From assembly GCA_025603075.1 (NCBI GenBank), contig MU626297.1, positions 1 through 64,000 on the forward strand: 64,000 nt of DNA, given 5' to 3'. Source of the stretch: Neoconidiobolus thromboides FSU 785 (taxonomy: Eukaryota; Fungi; Entomophthoromycota). A program made the translations under genes and the position numbers. Shown here one piece after another: positions 1 through 13,767 of this stretch (position 1 is its first letter; every line of letters begins with the position of its first letter). Below the pieces are notes generated by a model that was not told the DNA's origin, ran no database searches, and saw only the letters and a list, made by a program, of their open reading frames with translations.

Positions 1-340
1 CTACAATCTCTCCAATTTCAAGTGGGGTTCTATTATTTAAAGATAAAAATAATAAGTCTCCTCTTTTGAATGCTGGTTCCATACTTCCACTATAGAACAA
101 GTTTAAATTTGTAAACTTTTATAAAATAAATATGGTTACGTTAATACAACAACTACAGGAGATTCAGTGTTTGTATACCATGCAAGTCCTTTCCACATCA
201 TAAAAGCAGAAGATACCACAGTTAAAAAAGTAAGTAATTGAAGGGCGGTCTTAATTCTTGTTAATATTATGTATTTATAAATGTTAATTACGTACTTTTC
301 TAATCCCAAACTTTTGAATGTTTTTGATACTTGGCAACAT
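1..340 (-). CDS. SEC11: Signal peptidase complex catalytic subunit SEC11 (canonical copy, 3' part runs off the window start)
   Basis: Manual minus-strand translation: ATG at 340, MLPSIKNIQKFGIRK | TALQLLTFLTVVSSAFMMWKGLAWYTNTESPVVVVLT | GSMEPAFKRGDLLFLSLNNRTPLEIGEIV, with GT-AG introns. This is the S26 SPIVVVLSGSMEPAF-RGDLLFL signature. Not in the ORF track. Confidence 0.95.
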
Positions 341-959
341 TTTTTTATAATAATATAAGTTTTTTGGGTATGTTGATTATTTGTATATCTTTTTTATAGG
401 GTAATATACAAACTGCCAACTCATAATATCGATTTTATTACATCGATAAAAAAAATTAGTGTCCTTTTTTAATATTTTAGCATTTATAATTGGTTCGTCT
501 CAAATTAAATAAAAAATGTTTATTTTAAAAATAGTCCAAATTTTTGGTAAAGTTTAGTCCAAATTTTAAATCAATGTTTTTGGCACATTTTAATAAAATA
601 TAGTTTACAATTTGATTTCCTTTAGCTTCTTTTTATTATAAAGCTAAAATATATCTTATGTTTTTTGTCTTGATGTATTTACGTAAATGGGATTCTAAAT
701 TATCAATACAAAACACTAGTAATAATAATCAAGATGGTGATATATCAGATTACATTTGCTTATAAATAATTTTCTAGTTTACCATTACAGACTTCAATAC
801 AAATTGTTTATTTTAAGCAGCAAATTCTAAAAAAATTAACCAACCAAATAGCTAAAATTTTAAATTACTATTTATTTGAAATTTGAGATGAAATCAACCA
901 GCTGGTATTTTCAAAATTTTGAACTAAAAATTGGCAAATGAAATTAAAAAGCACATTCA

Positions 960-1677
960 ATGTTTTCTAAGTTGAACTCAAATTTTAAATTAGTGTTTAA
1001 AAAAGTTGGTTTCTATTTTTCTGACAATTTGATATATTAATTATCCATTTAGTTATTGTGCCATGTTTTTCTATATACCAATGTTATTTGTATTCTATTA
1101 ATGCTATCTAAATGGTTTATATGGTTTGCAGATACTGATTCGCCTATTGCAATTGTATTAACGTAAATTAATAATCAACAAATCAACAAATTATTTATAA
1201 TTCATAGTGGAAGTATGGAACCCGGGATAAATCGAGGGGACTTATTATTTTTATCACCTATTGAAGACAGTGTACAAATAGGAGATATAATTTTATTTCA
1301 TCTAAAATCAGTAAATAATCCAATTATACATAGAGTTATTACTTTACATAGGGAGTAATTTTTCGTAGCATAGCCTATATTAGTTTTAAGTCAAATTGAT
1401 TAGCAATTCTATCACGAAAGAGTTTATCCTAACTAAAGGAGATAATAATTTAAGCAACGATAGAGAATTATATAATAATGACCAACTCTGGTTGGAAAGG
1501 AAAGATATCACGGGAATAGTTAAAGGGTATGATTTTTTACGCGATATTACAATCTGTTTTAATTTATGTAGATATATACCGTATATTGGGATAATTATAC
1601 TTTTCTTAACTGAAGGTTATAGGATCTATATTGGTATCTTTAGTCTGTTGCTTTTGTTACTGTTTAGTAAAGATTAA
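960..1677 (+). CDS. SEC11: Second, diverged SEC11 paralogue
   Basis: Exons: MFSKLNSNFKLVFKK | LLCHVF...DTDSPIAIVLT | GSMEPGINRGDLLFL...NPIIHRV | ...LTKGDNNLSND...KG | YIPYIG.... Catalytic Ser (GSMEP), His (PIIHRV) and KGDNN are present. The start exon is inferred. Confidence 0.9.
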
Positions 1678-2207
1678 AATATAGCCATAAGTGTAAGCTT
1701 TTTTTCGTTAAATATTCTTTAGCAAAATTTATGTTTTCTAAAATAATCTGTTTTAAAGTCAGTAATAGTTGCAAAAATAAATTTTATTTTAAAGCCATTT
1801 TAGATATAATTACATAGTTTTGTTTGAAAATCATTCTACAAATTGTTTATTTTTTAAACTGATATAAATAACGCTAGAAAGTACTTGTTAACTTTATCTT
1901 AACATATATATTAATTACATACTGACAATAGCAACAATAATACATTCTATAATGCATATATTTAGTAAATGTCAACCAATGAAGCTTATTAACCTATTTT
2001 CCTTGCAAATATATAGTTAACAAACACAACAAAACCCAACTTTACTTTGATGATAAATTTTATTATACAGTATTTAAGGGATAGGGATAATCTCAGGGTC
2101 TTATGATGTAATGACTAAGCATTAACCAACCAATGATTTCGATTATATATTTATAAAACTAGTTCTAAAGTTATAAATAAACTCTCTTGAATAAGTTAAG
2201 ATTAATA

Positions 2208-5200
2208 ATGAGAGATCAACTTCCAAGGGCAGCGAAATCGTCTAGGAGGATAGGTAAAGGAATATATATCAGAAAAAGATATGGAAGGACTTCATCAGAT
2301 GAAGAGTTTGAAGAAAATCAAGAAACAAAGGCGTTTAGTGATAGCGAAAGTGTTAGCTCGTTAACAGATGTAGATGATGAAATTATACAATCTAAAAATG
2401 AGGACCAAGCTTTGGAAAGATCCCAAGAGAAAGAAGAAAAAATAACAATGAAAGTGAAAGTAAGAATTGAGAATGAGACAGGAGATTTGACTGAAGAAGA
2501 TATAGCTGAAGAAGGCTCGATTGAAGAAGACTCAAATAAAGGATGTTTTCTGTGTTCGGAATCCTATTATACGTGTGAAAATTGCCAACTCACTTTTTGC
2601 GAACCATGTAATCAAGGAATTAAAGTATCAACCAAATATGATTTCCTTGAGATAGACCCAGTTTTCAGTTTAGATGAATGTTTTTATTGTGCCACTTTTG
2701 GAAATGAAATTGATAAGATTTTGAATTATAAAGCTGGTAAGTAGCAAATTTTTAATAAATTAAAAGCTTATTGTTTTTTAGGTATAGGCGGTAATCAACT
2801 TTATCTTATTAAATTTTGTGGTCATTCATACCATGATGTGATCTGGGTGCACGAGAAATGGATACAAAATGTTTCACCACAAAAATTAAGAAACTTTAAA
2901 CGTAAAATACAGGAAGGATTTGATCCTAACGAAAATCCAATAAAAAAGGAGTGGCTAATACCAGAGCTTGTTTTTGAAGCGACTTTTAGAGGTCCAAAGG
3001 GGTCAAAAGTTATTCCTTCAATTAAAAATATTTCAAAAATTTTAATCAAATGGGAAGGACTTCCATTTAGTGAAGGTAATAAGATACAGCTACAGTATTT
3101 ACTTGCTAAATTATTTTTAGCCACTACTAAAAGCTATCGATCAATGCCAGTAAAGTTAAAAGAGCAATGTAAACCTTTAGTATTAAAATACCTTTCTAGT
3201 TATAAAATAAAAAAATCCCTTCATTGTGGCGAAAGACAGCGATTTACTGAAATGACGACACAGCCTGAGTTTATAGATAGTGGTACACTTTACCCTTATC
3301 AGCTGGATGGACTAAATTGGCTGCTATACCAATGGTGTAGAGGAAAGCCCTCAATATTAGCAGATGAGATGGGTTTAGGTATAACATTTACTGCGTTTTT
3401 TTATTAATGTAGTAATGTATGCTAGGTAAAACTATTCAGATAATATCCTACTTATACGCATTGTACAAAAACTATAATGTTTATCCATCCTTGATTATTG
3501 CGCCTAAAGCTGTACTACCAAATTGGAGACGTGAATTCGATTTTTGGGCTAAAGATATGGTTGTAGCTACATATGCTGGTGAAAAAGATTCATTGCAAAC
3601 GATATTAAGCACGGGATTATTCGAAGGAGAATTTATGAAAGCGCATGTATTATTAACAACTTATGAAACATTTAACGAGAATCTAAATCTATTCACCAAA
3701 TTTGCTCCTTGGCAAAACGTTATCTTAGATGAATGTCAACGTATAAAAAATTCAGAAACAAAAACATTTAAGCAAATGCAAAAAGTGAATACTTATCATA
3801 AAATATTAATAACAGGAACACCATTACAAAATAATATCACTGAACTATTCAACATTATGTCTTATATTGATCCAGATCAGTTTTCTGATAAAGATAAATT
3901 TATTGATGAATTTGAAGATTTAAATGAAGAATCACTTAAAAAGCTTCACGAAGTATGTTTAAATAATATTCATTTACAAATTACTAATACCATTTAGCTT
4001 TTGAAACCTTATTTTTTGAGAAGAGTAAAGAAAGATGTATCAATTGAGCTGCCAAAAAAGGTAAACCATACTTCAATTTTTTATTATTCATCTTATTAAT
4101 ATGTTAGATCGAAAGAACCATACCAGTTACAATGACCTCATTACAAAGAAATCTGTATAAAGCAACACTGCAAAAAAACGTAAAATTACTAGCATCTATA
4201 GCTTCAGAAAGAAAAGGTAGGGGCTCAGAAACAACTACAGTGTCCCTTAGGAATATTTATTCTGATCTCAGAAAATGCCTTATGCATCCATTCCTTATTC
4301 CCAACATTGAACCAGATACAGAAAACTTGAGTGATGATGTAGTTTTAGATCATATTTTGAGCTCTTCAGCTAAACTCAAATTAGTTGATCGTATACTTTA
4401 CTTGCTAAAAAAGCGAAACCATAGAGTATTAATTTTCTCTCAGTTTAAGATTATGTTGGATATTTTGGAAGATTATCTTTATATGTCAGATTATAGTTAT
4501 ACTAGAATTGATGGAGATACACCTTCTGAGATACGACAATCAAATATCGATAAATTTAACGAAAAAAGTTCAGACATCTTTGTTTTTTTAATTACAACAA
4601 GGGCAGGGGGCGTGGGTATTAATCTTACCTCTGCGGATACGGTTATAATGTATGATCTTGACTTTAATCCTCAAGCAGATATTCAAGCACTCAACCGTGT
4701 ACATCGTATAGGACAAAAAAAACCTGTATTGATTATTAGGTTAGTAACAAGAGGATCAATAGAAGAAAGACTACTTGAAATAGCTAAGAACAAGATGGTT
4801 CTTGAACATTTGATTATAGATAGAATGGGCAACATCGAGTTAAAGAATACGGATCTTGAAAATATTATAAGATTTGGGGCAAAAGCATTATTTGACGAAA
4901 GCAAACCATTGGCTGAAATATTCTATACAAATGATCAGCTAAACAAGCTGCTCGAAAGAAATGTTACTGAAGAGGAAGTTGATGGTGAAAAGAAAGTTGA
5001 ATCACAAGGCGCTTTTGCTTTCGCTAAAATTTGGGAGAATGATATAGCTGAAACTGAGCAGGATAAGGAACATTTAAATAAACCAGCTAATGAGTTTTGG
5101 GATTCACTTATTGAGAATAGATTAGCTCAAAGTAATGAAACTGAAGAAAAGCTTGGTAGGGGTGCAAGGGTTAGAAAAAATAGGATTACAAATTTTAAAA

Positions 5201-8200
5201 ATTTATTAGAATATAGTGATGAAGAAACAAGAAGAAACGTTAAAAAAGCAAAGAACAAAGTGAACGATGATGATTATGACGCATATGTTTATCAAAGCGA
5301 TGACCAACCTGAATCTGAACCTGAACCCGAAGCAGTTATTGAAGTTGATAATACAACTACTATCAGAGAGATATCACGTGATAAGAAAGTTAGTTATAAA
5401 TTAATTGATAGCGCATACCAACATAGAAATATCAACCACAGTTACTCTAAGCCATTTCCTTGTTTTAATAGAGTAAAAAATTTAGCTAAAGAAGCTGAAT
5501 TCCCTTCTAAATTTTTTGGAACTAATGCTCATGACGCAGATTACACTACACTGAGTAGTATTTTTAAAGCAAAGTCAGAGGTATTTGGACAACTAGAAGT
5601 ATTGAAAGCAAATCCATGGATAATACCGAGATTATACGCTAGCTATTCGTGCTTTATGTGCAAGTTGCACCATAAAACACAATGCCCACTATATAAATAT
5701 AATTTTGAAGTTTTGGAATTAATTGCCACAAAAGAAATAAATCCAGGAATTTTAGAAAAGGATCCAAAATATGATGTGTTTTTACAATGGGACTTTTTAC
5801 AGAGACACTTAAAACCTTATGATGGTCCAGAACTTTCCCGTGAACTCAAAGAAGCAAAATTCCCACTGGCACATTTGACTGGTGCTGACACAAACTATGA
5901 GAAAAATCCTGTGAATAAAAATATGATCCCAGGCACAAAAACTGCGAACGTTGTGGATAGTACACCAAACAACTCATATAGAGTTTCAAATGCCACCATA
6001 TTTCTCGATAACAATGGGTACCAAGGAAACAATCAAGCTTTAAATCAAAGTATACCCGAAATCAACAATTATATTCAAACACGCCCTACTGAAGCGCCTA
6101 ATACAAATCATAGTACTACCAATAATAACCGACAGCTATCTATAATCGCACCAAGCGTATTAAGTTCACATGCTCAAGGTTCTCAGATGTCAAGTTCGAA
6201 TCATTTACCTTTAAAAAAAGAATCAAATGACGTTAACTTATCTGATGGTACAAATGGCTCAAGTAGTAATGCTAAAAATATGTCCAACATACAACCAACT
6301 ATTCAATCTATTACACTACAAGCTACTCATAATAATCCAAGCAATATGAAACCACAACGTATGCCTAATATACAAAACATGTGGCCACAACATAGGCATG
6401 GTACACATCCAAACATGATATCACAAAATATGGCTGATACACAGCCAACGGTGTGGTCACAAAATATGGTTAATATGAGACCAAACATCCAATCTCCCGG
6501 ACCACGAGTTATGCAAAATCAAAATTCTAGAAGGCCACAGAATATTCATATTCAAAATAACCTAGCTCCCAATAACACAGTCGTACAAAGCCCGGTTTCC
6601 GTTAATTTTGGCAATGATACAGACTACTTTAAGAAACGAGAACAAACAAATCAGGTCAATGCATTTGTATCAAATCAAAGCATATATCAACATTCTCAAC
6701 ATATACGACAACGACAAAGTTCTATTCATGGTCCTATAACTCCTCTAAACATGCTCCCTAATGATCCACGACTAGCAGGGAATCCTATGATATTTAATCA
6801 CATGCCCAATCATCCTCATCCAGTCCTTATTCAACATATAAGGACCTCTTCTCAAGGAACTGCGCCTCAACAATATCCGCCTCAGCAACTTATGCCGCAA
6901 CAACCTGTGTATCCACCAACTCAGCAGGCTTTTAGTCATCCACCTCCACATAAGATAAACTTTACATCACCTTCAAACAGGCCAGTCACTACTGAAGACC
7001 AATACGTTGTTTCAAGAATAAGCGATGGGCGCTTATTCAAACATCCTATATCTCTTACGCCTCAACAAGTAGATTTTATTGTTACAAATTATCGAAAAAT
7101 AATGTATGTTAAGGAAAATAAGGGATTATCAACGAAACTATCCCCTGTTACTAATATTCAGAACTTTCAAAATTTGCAACCTATGTACCAAAATGTTTCT
7201 GTAAATAGGCCAATTGATCCTAATAATCAAAATCTTTACTCTACACAACAGACGAATCCAAGACATATTCCTCTTGCTCCTCATCCCAATGGTGCTGCAG
7301 AGATCAACCATATTAAGAATCTTGTAAAACACTACGCAGAAAAACATAGGGCCCCAGGTAATTATTATTTGTATCATTGATAGTTAAACATTAACATCGT
7401 ATATATTTAATAAAGTATCCAACGTAATAACTCCACCATTGGTTCAACAACAGGCTGAGCCTCATGCTCAAGAACGTCAAGTGTCTATGATTACTCAACC
7501 TCATCGGCTAGTAGGAGCTCAAGTGCAAAATTTTAATGCTAACTTTGCTTTATCACAATCAAATACTATAAGCAATCAAAATCGTACAAGTAATTTTATA
7601 ACTCCACCAAACCAAGCTTCCATTGATAGTATTATTAATAACCCTGATATTATGTTTATTGATCCCAACCCTGCAACTGCTTTGTCACACCAAACTGCTG
7701 TAAATAATAGTGCTATCAATGACCACCAAAATGCTACAAATTCTGCACCTTTGGTTACTTCCTCACAAAAAGCTACTATTAATAGCACCAATGGCCCTCA
7801 AAATCATTCTACAATTCCTCCATCAGAACAAGTCAATACAGCTAATGATAACAATAATATCATAAATCATATTGGTAAAAATATTTCTATTGCTGCTCCA
7901 CAACAACAAGCCACAGGAAGTAATAGTGACATTCATAACAGTGGTAATGAAAATGATAGCGTTGCTACTGAGTTACAACAAAGTTGTATGGAGAACAGTA
8001 GGGATCATAGTAATCAGAAGATTATTATCCCATCAGACAATCAAGTGCAAAACACTAGCGCTATTGATAACGGTAAAGTAGAGGGTATTACAGTCACTTT
8101 GCCTAAAAAAGAGAGTATTGAAAATACAAATAAAGAATTGATAGTAAAGGAAGGAAGTGATAATAGTAGGAATCGAAAAGAAGCTCTAAAACCGGATTTT

Positions 8201-8239
8201 CAAAAGAGCAAAGTTATTGATTTAACGGAAGATGATTAA
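2208..8239 (+). CDS. CHD3/Mi-2/Mit1-like chromatin-remodelling ATPase (Cys-rich PHD-like finger, chromo-like segments, SNF2 ATPase, helicase C, long Q/N/P-rich tail)
   Basis: [69 protein letters not shown]; N-terminal CFLC...CENC...CEPC...CFYC; IKWEGL chromo-like motif. ORFs 2187-8239 join through short GT-AG introns; the last intron 7358-7415 restores frame. Confidence 0.93.
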
Positions 8240-8258
8240 TCTAGTTTATGTTTTATCG

Positions 8259-8270
8259 TTATTATTATTA

Positions 8271-8315
<45 letters not shown>
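8259..8315. repeat. (ATT)n microsatellite just 3' of the CHD gene
   Basis: Near-perfect attattatt... run with one gtt interruption. Confidence 0.95.
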
Positions 8316-8316
<1 letters not shown>

Positions 8317-8596
8317 AAATAAAAAGTTGAATAATTTATTTTTACATGTTGGACAAATTTTTATTGTTTTATTGTTTATATGAATAGGGCTAGAAATATG
8401 AGATTTCAAATTTAAGAATAAATTGAATTAATTTAGTAACTTTGTATAGAAATAATGAAAATGTGAATTAATTAATTAGAATTAAAAGAACAAATATAGG
8501 AACAACAATAATTTGAGTTTTAAAAATGCGAATATTTACTTTTAATTAATTTAATTAAATAATAATCTTTAATAATCAATAATAAAACAAAAAACA

Positions 8597-9587
8597 ATGA
8601 AATTGAGTTTTGTATCTTTTGCAGATACCCTTTGGCTATTATCATCTTTTTTTTTAGCAGTAAGGTTCAATGACCCTTAAATTATCAGAACCTAAAATGT
8701 ACTAATCTTAAATTTATAGTCTGGTTGGGTCTTATCCATCATTGGGTCTGGCTTTCTGAAGCTATTTAATTTCTCATGGATCTATTTATTTTTATCTTTA
8801 ATTACCTTTATATTTACTATTTATGTGGTGAGATCAAGGCAGATTCAAGATTATAAATCCCAAGTAAGTGAATTTCAATACAATGCTTATCAACTAAAAG
8901 CTACAACCTGTTTATCAAATTACTAATATGATTTTTGATTGAATAGTTAGTCTTTTTACAAAGTTTAGCTATTATGTTATTAGGCAATCATATTCGTATT
9001 GAAGGTATTGGTAATGTTGAAAATGATAAATTATTAGCCATGGTATTGATTGGTTCTGTAATTCAAATCATTGTTCTAGTAATCTAGTTTCATTTCTATG
9101 TATTCTATTTTATTGATCCTATTTCTTAGTCCTTCTGGCTTCTTTTAGTTTCCAGCAATCCAGGTACTTTATCCTATTACCTTAGTGGTCAATCCGATTA
9201 TTTCTTTAGTGGAGCAACAAGTCCCGTATCCAACTCCATCAACAATATCAGTTACGAAGATGATGACTTTGATCCCGCCCAATTCAGTAGTGGATTAAAT
9301 AATGCAGCTTACTCAAGTCAATTAAATGGCACTTTAAGTGGATCAGACAGTTATGTTAGAGCAAGAGCTAATTTCTCTTATCAAGCCCAATCCAAAGAAG
9401 AAGTTTCTTTTAGTAAAAATGAAGTTATGGAAATTTTAAATCAACAAGGGAATTGGTGGAAAGTATTAAAGATTAATAATGAAATTGGGATGGCACCATC
9501 AAATTATGTAAGTTTATTATTCTATTTTATGCTATGATATTTATTAATATGTTATCTATTTTTTAGTTGTCTGTTATTGATCAATAA
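8597..9587 (+). CDS. SHO1: Sho1-like osmosensor (N-terminal TM helices plus C-terminal SH3)
   Basis: Manual splicing gives four hydrophobic segments, a Ser/Asp linker, then SH3: ARANFSYQAQSKEEVSFSKNEVMEILNQQGNWWKVLKINNEIGMAPSNY|LSVIDQ*. Not in the ORF track. Confidence 0.75.
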
Positions 9588-9662
9588 ATATTATATACAT
9601 ATTTAATTCTAATAAATAAATGCAAATGGATTCTAAATAATAAACCATTTTTTATTGAGTTT

Positions 9663-10510
9663 TTATAATGGTCTTAATTGATTACTTTGATTATTAAGAT
9701 ATCGAATATATAAAAATGCTTCTGCTACTCCGACAATTAAAGAAGCAAAAAAAGACAGTAAAACTCTCTATGATGGTAAAAAACATTAATATCAATATTG
9801 AAATATCCTAATAAAAAATACACTTACCAAACTAATATCACTTGAGAATGTATACGATACCCAATAAACAGCAACAAACACCGCCACTATAGTTAAAGCT
9901 ATGTTAACAATAGCAGTTAATTGTTGATTGGTTTCTTTGATATTTTCAGATAAGGTAGGTAGTGGATGATGATTATCATTATCTCTATCATTTTGAAAAC
10001 GAAATGTTGGATCAACATTTGTAACCATGCGATAATATGCTTGATTTTCATTATCAGTATTTATTTCCTGTAATCTTTGGTCAAGCTGTTCATCCTAAAA
10101 AGGAACATGTTAAAAAGAGGCTATAATGAAAAGGATATTAAGTTTACTCTTTTAGCTGTTTTTGGTTTATTAAAATAAATGGAACTTCCACTCACTAACT
10201 CATGTACCCAATATTTACTTTTTGCTAAATTAAAATAATTAATATATTAGTTCTCAATATATCATCCTTAAATCAACTTACTAACATCCTTACCATCCTT
10301 TCTTTCTATCGCTAGCAGAAATTGGGATATTTGAATCAATAATTCCATTGATATGTTTAAGTCCTCTTCTTCGTTATTAGTATTATTATTATTGTTATTA
10401 TTTGGTTTTAATTTTGATTCAATTTTTTTCTTTAAATTATTATCTACTGTTGATACTTGTAACACCTGATTACATGCTTCATATATTTGAGTAGTTACTT
10501 TAATATTCAT
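9663..10510 (-). CDS. VMA12: Vma12/Vph2/TMEM199 family V-ATPase assembly factor
   Basis: Spliced product has VHELVSGSSIYFNKPK..DEQLDQRLQEI..ENQAYYRMV, then LTAIVNIALTIVAVFVAVYW and a second TM ending VAEAFLY, typical of the family. Confidence 0.8.
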
Positions 10511-11039
10511 TTCTTCTGTTGATTAAAAAGCTTTAGATTGTGACTAGAAATTTATTGCCATAGAAATAAGTTGATTCTTTGAATTGTTTTATTGGTTAAG
10601 TTTAGTTTATATCTAATGTTATTATGCTATTTAATTTATTTAACTTTTGTATTGAATATGATGCATCAAGTTAATTTTATAATAGTAAATAAATAAAGTA
10701 TTTTTGTATATAAAATACAAAGACGTACTTATAATTTGTATTTTGTTTATTACTAATTATATTCTATTTTATTGCTTGAATAGCCATAGTTAAAATTTTT
10801 TTGAGTAAAATAAAATTACATTTTATTTTATATCTTTTACAATGTATAAAGCTGTATTAAACTAGTGCTAATTAAATCTAGGACTTATTTTGATAGTTTT
10901 TTATAATTCTACAATTTGATATACTTGATAAATAAATGATAAAAAGCTAACATTGTTAATTTTTTAAAATAACAACTTTAATTAGTATAATTTTATTTCA
11001 AAATAAAAAGACAGTTAAAATTTCATTGAATATCTGTCT

Positions 11040-11797
11040 TTATATTCTTATACACAACATCTTCATACTTTCATAGATCATATCCGTTCATTTCTTACAT
11101 CCTTTTTCACTATCAAATTTCCTCAAGACACCATAAAGTTCCTCAAGTGCACTCAATAGCATGTACTCCACCTTGATTAACATTTTTTATTAGACTTCTC
11201 AAGTTCCTCAATCCTCAATTGAAGAAGAATGTTTTGGTGTAAAGCTCTTTCATTACTATCTTCAGATAACTCAATAGCTTTATTTAATAATGTGGGCGAT
11301 TCAATATAATAGTTTTTAACCTGATGTTTCATAAAATTAGTTTGTTCTGTTATTTTATTTAGTTTCTGCTGATTTTGATATCCAAACAAACAAAATATTT
11401 ATTTATGCTGATTTGTTTTTATTTTTCTGTCTTCTTTTAAAAAGCATGTAACTTTGATTGCCTTTTTACAAACAACCAAACCCAATTTTTGTCCACTGGC
11501 TTTCCTCCACGCAATCTAAGTAATCCATTAGCCATCTTTATTGTACCATCCGATCTAGGTGTCACTTTCCGATTACATAAATCGATTATATACTCAATAA
11601 TAACATCTTCTTGTAGTATAGTTAACCTTTTGGCGATTGATTCAACATGTTTTCGTGCTCTTACACCGTTCTTTTGTCAAAGTAATGCAGACTTACTTAC
11701 ATTATATATTCCTTCTGCTCGTTGAACACGAGTTTTCATCTTCTTCAAGGGTTTTTAAAACTAAAAGTATATTGTCTTCATCTGATTTTTTTCTCAT
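11040..11797 (-). mobile_element. Degenerate pogo/Fot1-type (Tc1/mariner superfamily) transposase relic lacking the DDE domain
   Basis: Minus strand with a frameshift and stops: MRKKSDEDNILLVL..VQRAEGIYNVSKSAL*..KRLTILQEDVIIEYIIDLCNRKVTPR..KMANGLLRLRGGKPVDKNWVWLFVKRQSKL (HTH_psq plus CENP-B HTH), followed by ITEQTNFMKHQVKNYYIESPTLLNKAIE (Fot1-like C-terminal motif). The left boundary is approximate. Confidence 0.8.
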
Positions 11798-13065
11798 TAT
11801 TAAACTATTTTAAAAAAAGGTTTTTTATATAGTATCATATGTTTTATTGCTCTAACTAATAGGTTCTACCACCCCCTTAGTTTATTCATTATTATCATTA
11901 AATAAGGTATATTTGGTAAAGTGGATAACTATGATAAATTAAGGATTTGCCCAAATTATCAATACTAATAATATCTTGAGTAAGCTTCCTGATTGGTTGC
12001 AATTATGCATCTATTCAGATCCATGCTATAAGCAATTAATTCAAAAGATTGAGCATTTATTATGGTTAATAGGTAGTAATACTGCAAAAGAGATACAATT
12101 TTTTTAATACATGAATTTCAATTTGTTATATTATAGTGAAAGAGCTGAAACAATTTTTTAAATTCTAGGATCGATTACATTTAGATACCTCTAATTCTTT
12201 TTAGTTTGTCATTAATTTCTTTTATAGTGAATTTATTAAATAAATTAGTGTATATAACCCATTAATTCATTACAAAAGGAACTCATAGCAAATTAAAAAA
12301 TAATGAAAGTATCTAAATACAATCTGTTCTAATTCTGAGTATTTTGATCCTATAATTTTATAAAAAATTGAAATTAAATAGAAATGTATTTTTAAAAATA
12401 GTTTATTAAGGATACTATTAGATATTTTATACTATCTAATTGTACACCTTTATTTTTTAGTTGTTAATTTAATAGTCGTTAAACTAACATAAATTAAACG
12501 GAATATATCCAAAATTTTAAAAATAAATCAGTTAAAATTTTGCCTCATTTTTGATTACTTAATGATATTGTATGTTATAATTTAATATAAATGTTTAAAT
12601 CATTGCAATAGTAAAAAGTATATTTTACCCCATGGTAGTAAATATATTAGTTAATTAAATAATTAATTAAACTAAACTAAAAAATATTATATTCTTGACA
12701 TCTTTTGTCAATTTATTTGATTAATCGTATCTGATATATTGTTTTCTATATGACATAAAAATAAATAAGTAAATAAATAAAATATACACAATATTTTTTA
12801 TATTTTATAAATGCTATACACTACCATTAATCAACAATTTCATTGATTAATTGTTTAAAACATATCACGCTATTTCTATTAACATTTTACTTTATACCCC
12901 ACATCTCCTTTTTTATTTTATAACGAAAAAAAATACCCAAATCAATTTGATGAATAGGGAGATAGAAAATATGTATAAAATAGTAGTATAAATAGATAGT
13001 ATATATTCAATAAAATCAAAGCAAAATATTACTTTGATAGTAAATAATAACAATAGCCTTTCAAA

Positions 13066-13767
13066 ATGAAATCCACCTTACTCATTAACTTCCTTTTCTC
13101 TTTATCTGTCCATGCCTCTGCTGTTTATAACCCAAGTTATAGTACTGGTAACTCGAACCCAACTTATAGCTCCGATAGTTCAAATTCTAACCTCCCATTA
13201 ATTGATTTTAATGCTGATATTCCCATGAATATTAATACAGGTAAATATACCATCATTAAGCAACGACCAAGACCAAGACCAAGGCCTACAAACACACAAC
13301 CCACCAATGGACCAAAACCATCCCCTACTCAACCAAATAATCCAAGTACACCACCAAGTAACAATAATGGTGATAGAAATAAACAAATGCTCTGTCAAGT
13401 GAATGCTATTCGCGCGCAAGTAGGGAAAAAACCGTTACAAATGGACTCAAGATTAATGAATGCTGCTCAATTACATTCTGAAGATCAGGCAACACATAAA
13501 CAAATGACTCATACTGGTACTAAGATTGCCAATTTCTTTGATCGTATTGAAGCTGCTGGCTTCCAATGTAGTGGTGCCTCTGAAAATGTAGCTTGGAATC
13601 AACAAGATGTTACTGCTGTTGTTCAAGCTTGGAAAAATTCACCTGGTCATTATCAAAATATGATTGGAGATTATAACTGCTTTGGTTGGGGTGAACAAGA
13701 CTTATATTGGACTCAAGATTTTGCCAATGGACCTCAATGTGACCAAGCAAATACAATTCAATGTTAA
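13066..13767 (+). CDS. Secreted CAP/SCP (cysteine-rich secretory/antigen 5/PR-1) domain protein 1
   Basis: Intronless ORF; hydrophobic signal peptide, S/N/P/T linker, then MLCQVNAIR..LMNAAQLHSEDQA..MTH..SENVAWNQ..AWKNSPGHYQNM..YWTQDF. Confidence 0.92.
   Translation: MKSTLLINFLFSLSVHASAVYNPSYSTGNSNPTYSSDSSNSNLPLIDFNADIPMNINTGKYTIIKQRPRPRPRPTNTQPTNGPKPSPTQPNNPSTPPSNNNGDRNKQMLCQVNAIRAQVGKKPLQMDSRLMNAAQLHSEDQATHKQMTHTGTKIANFFDRIEAAGFQCSGASENVAWNQQDVTAVVQAWKNSPGHYQNMIGDYNCFGWGEQDLYWTQDFANGPQCDQANTIQC

Noticed and set aside
11830-12340. Possible degraded membrane-protein or GPCR remnant on the minus strand
   Set aside because: Only scattered hydrophobic peptides with many stops; not distinguishable from AT-rich noise by eye.
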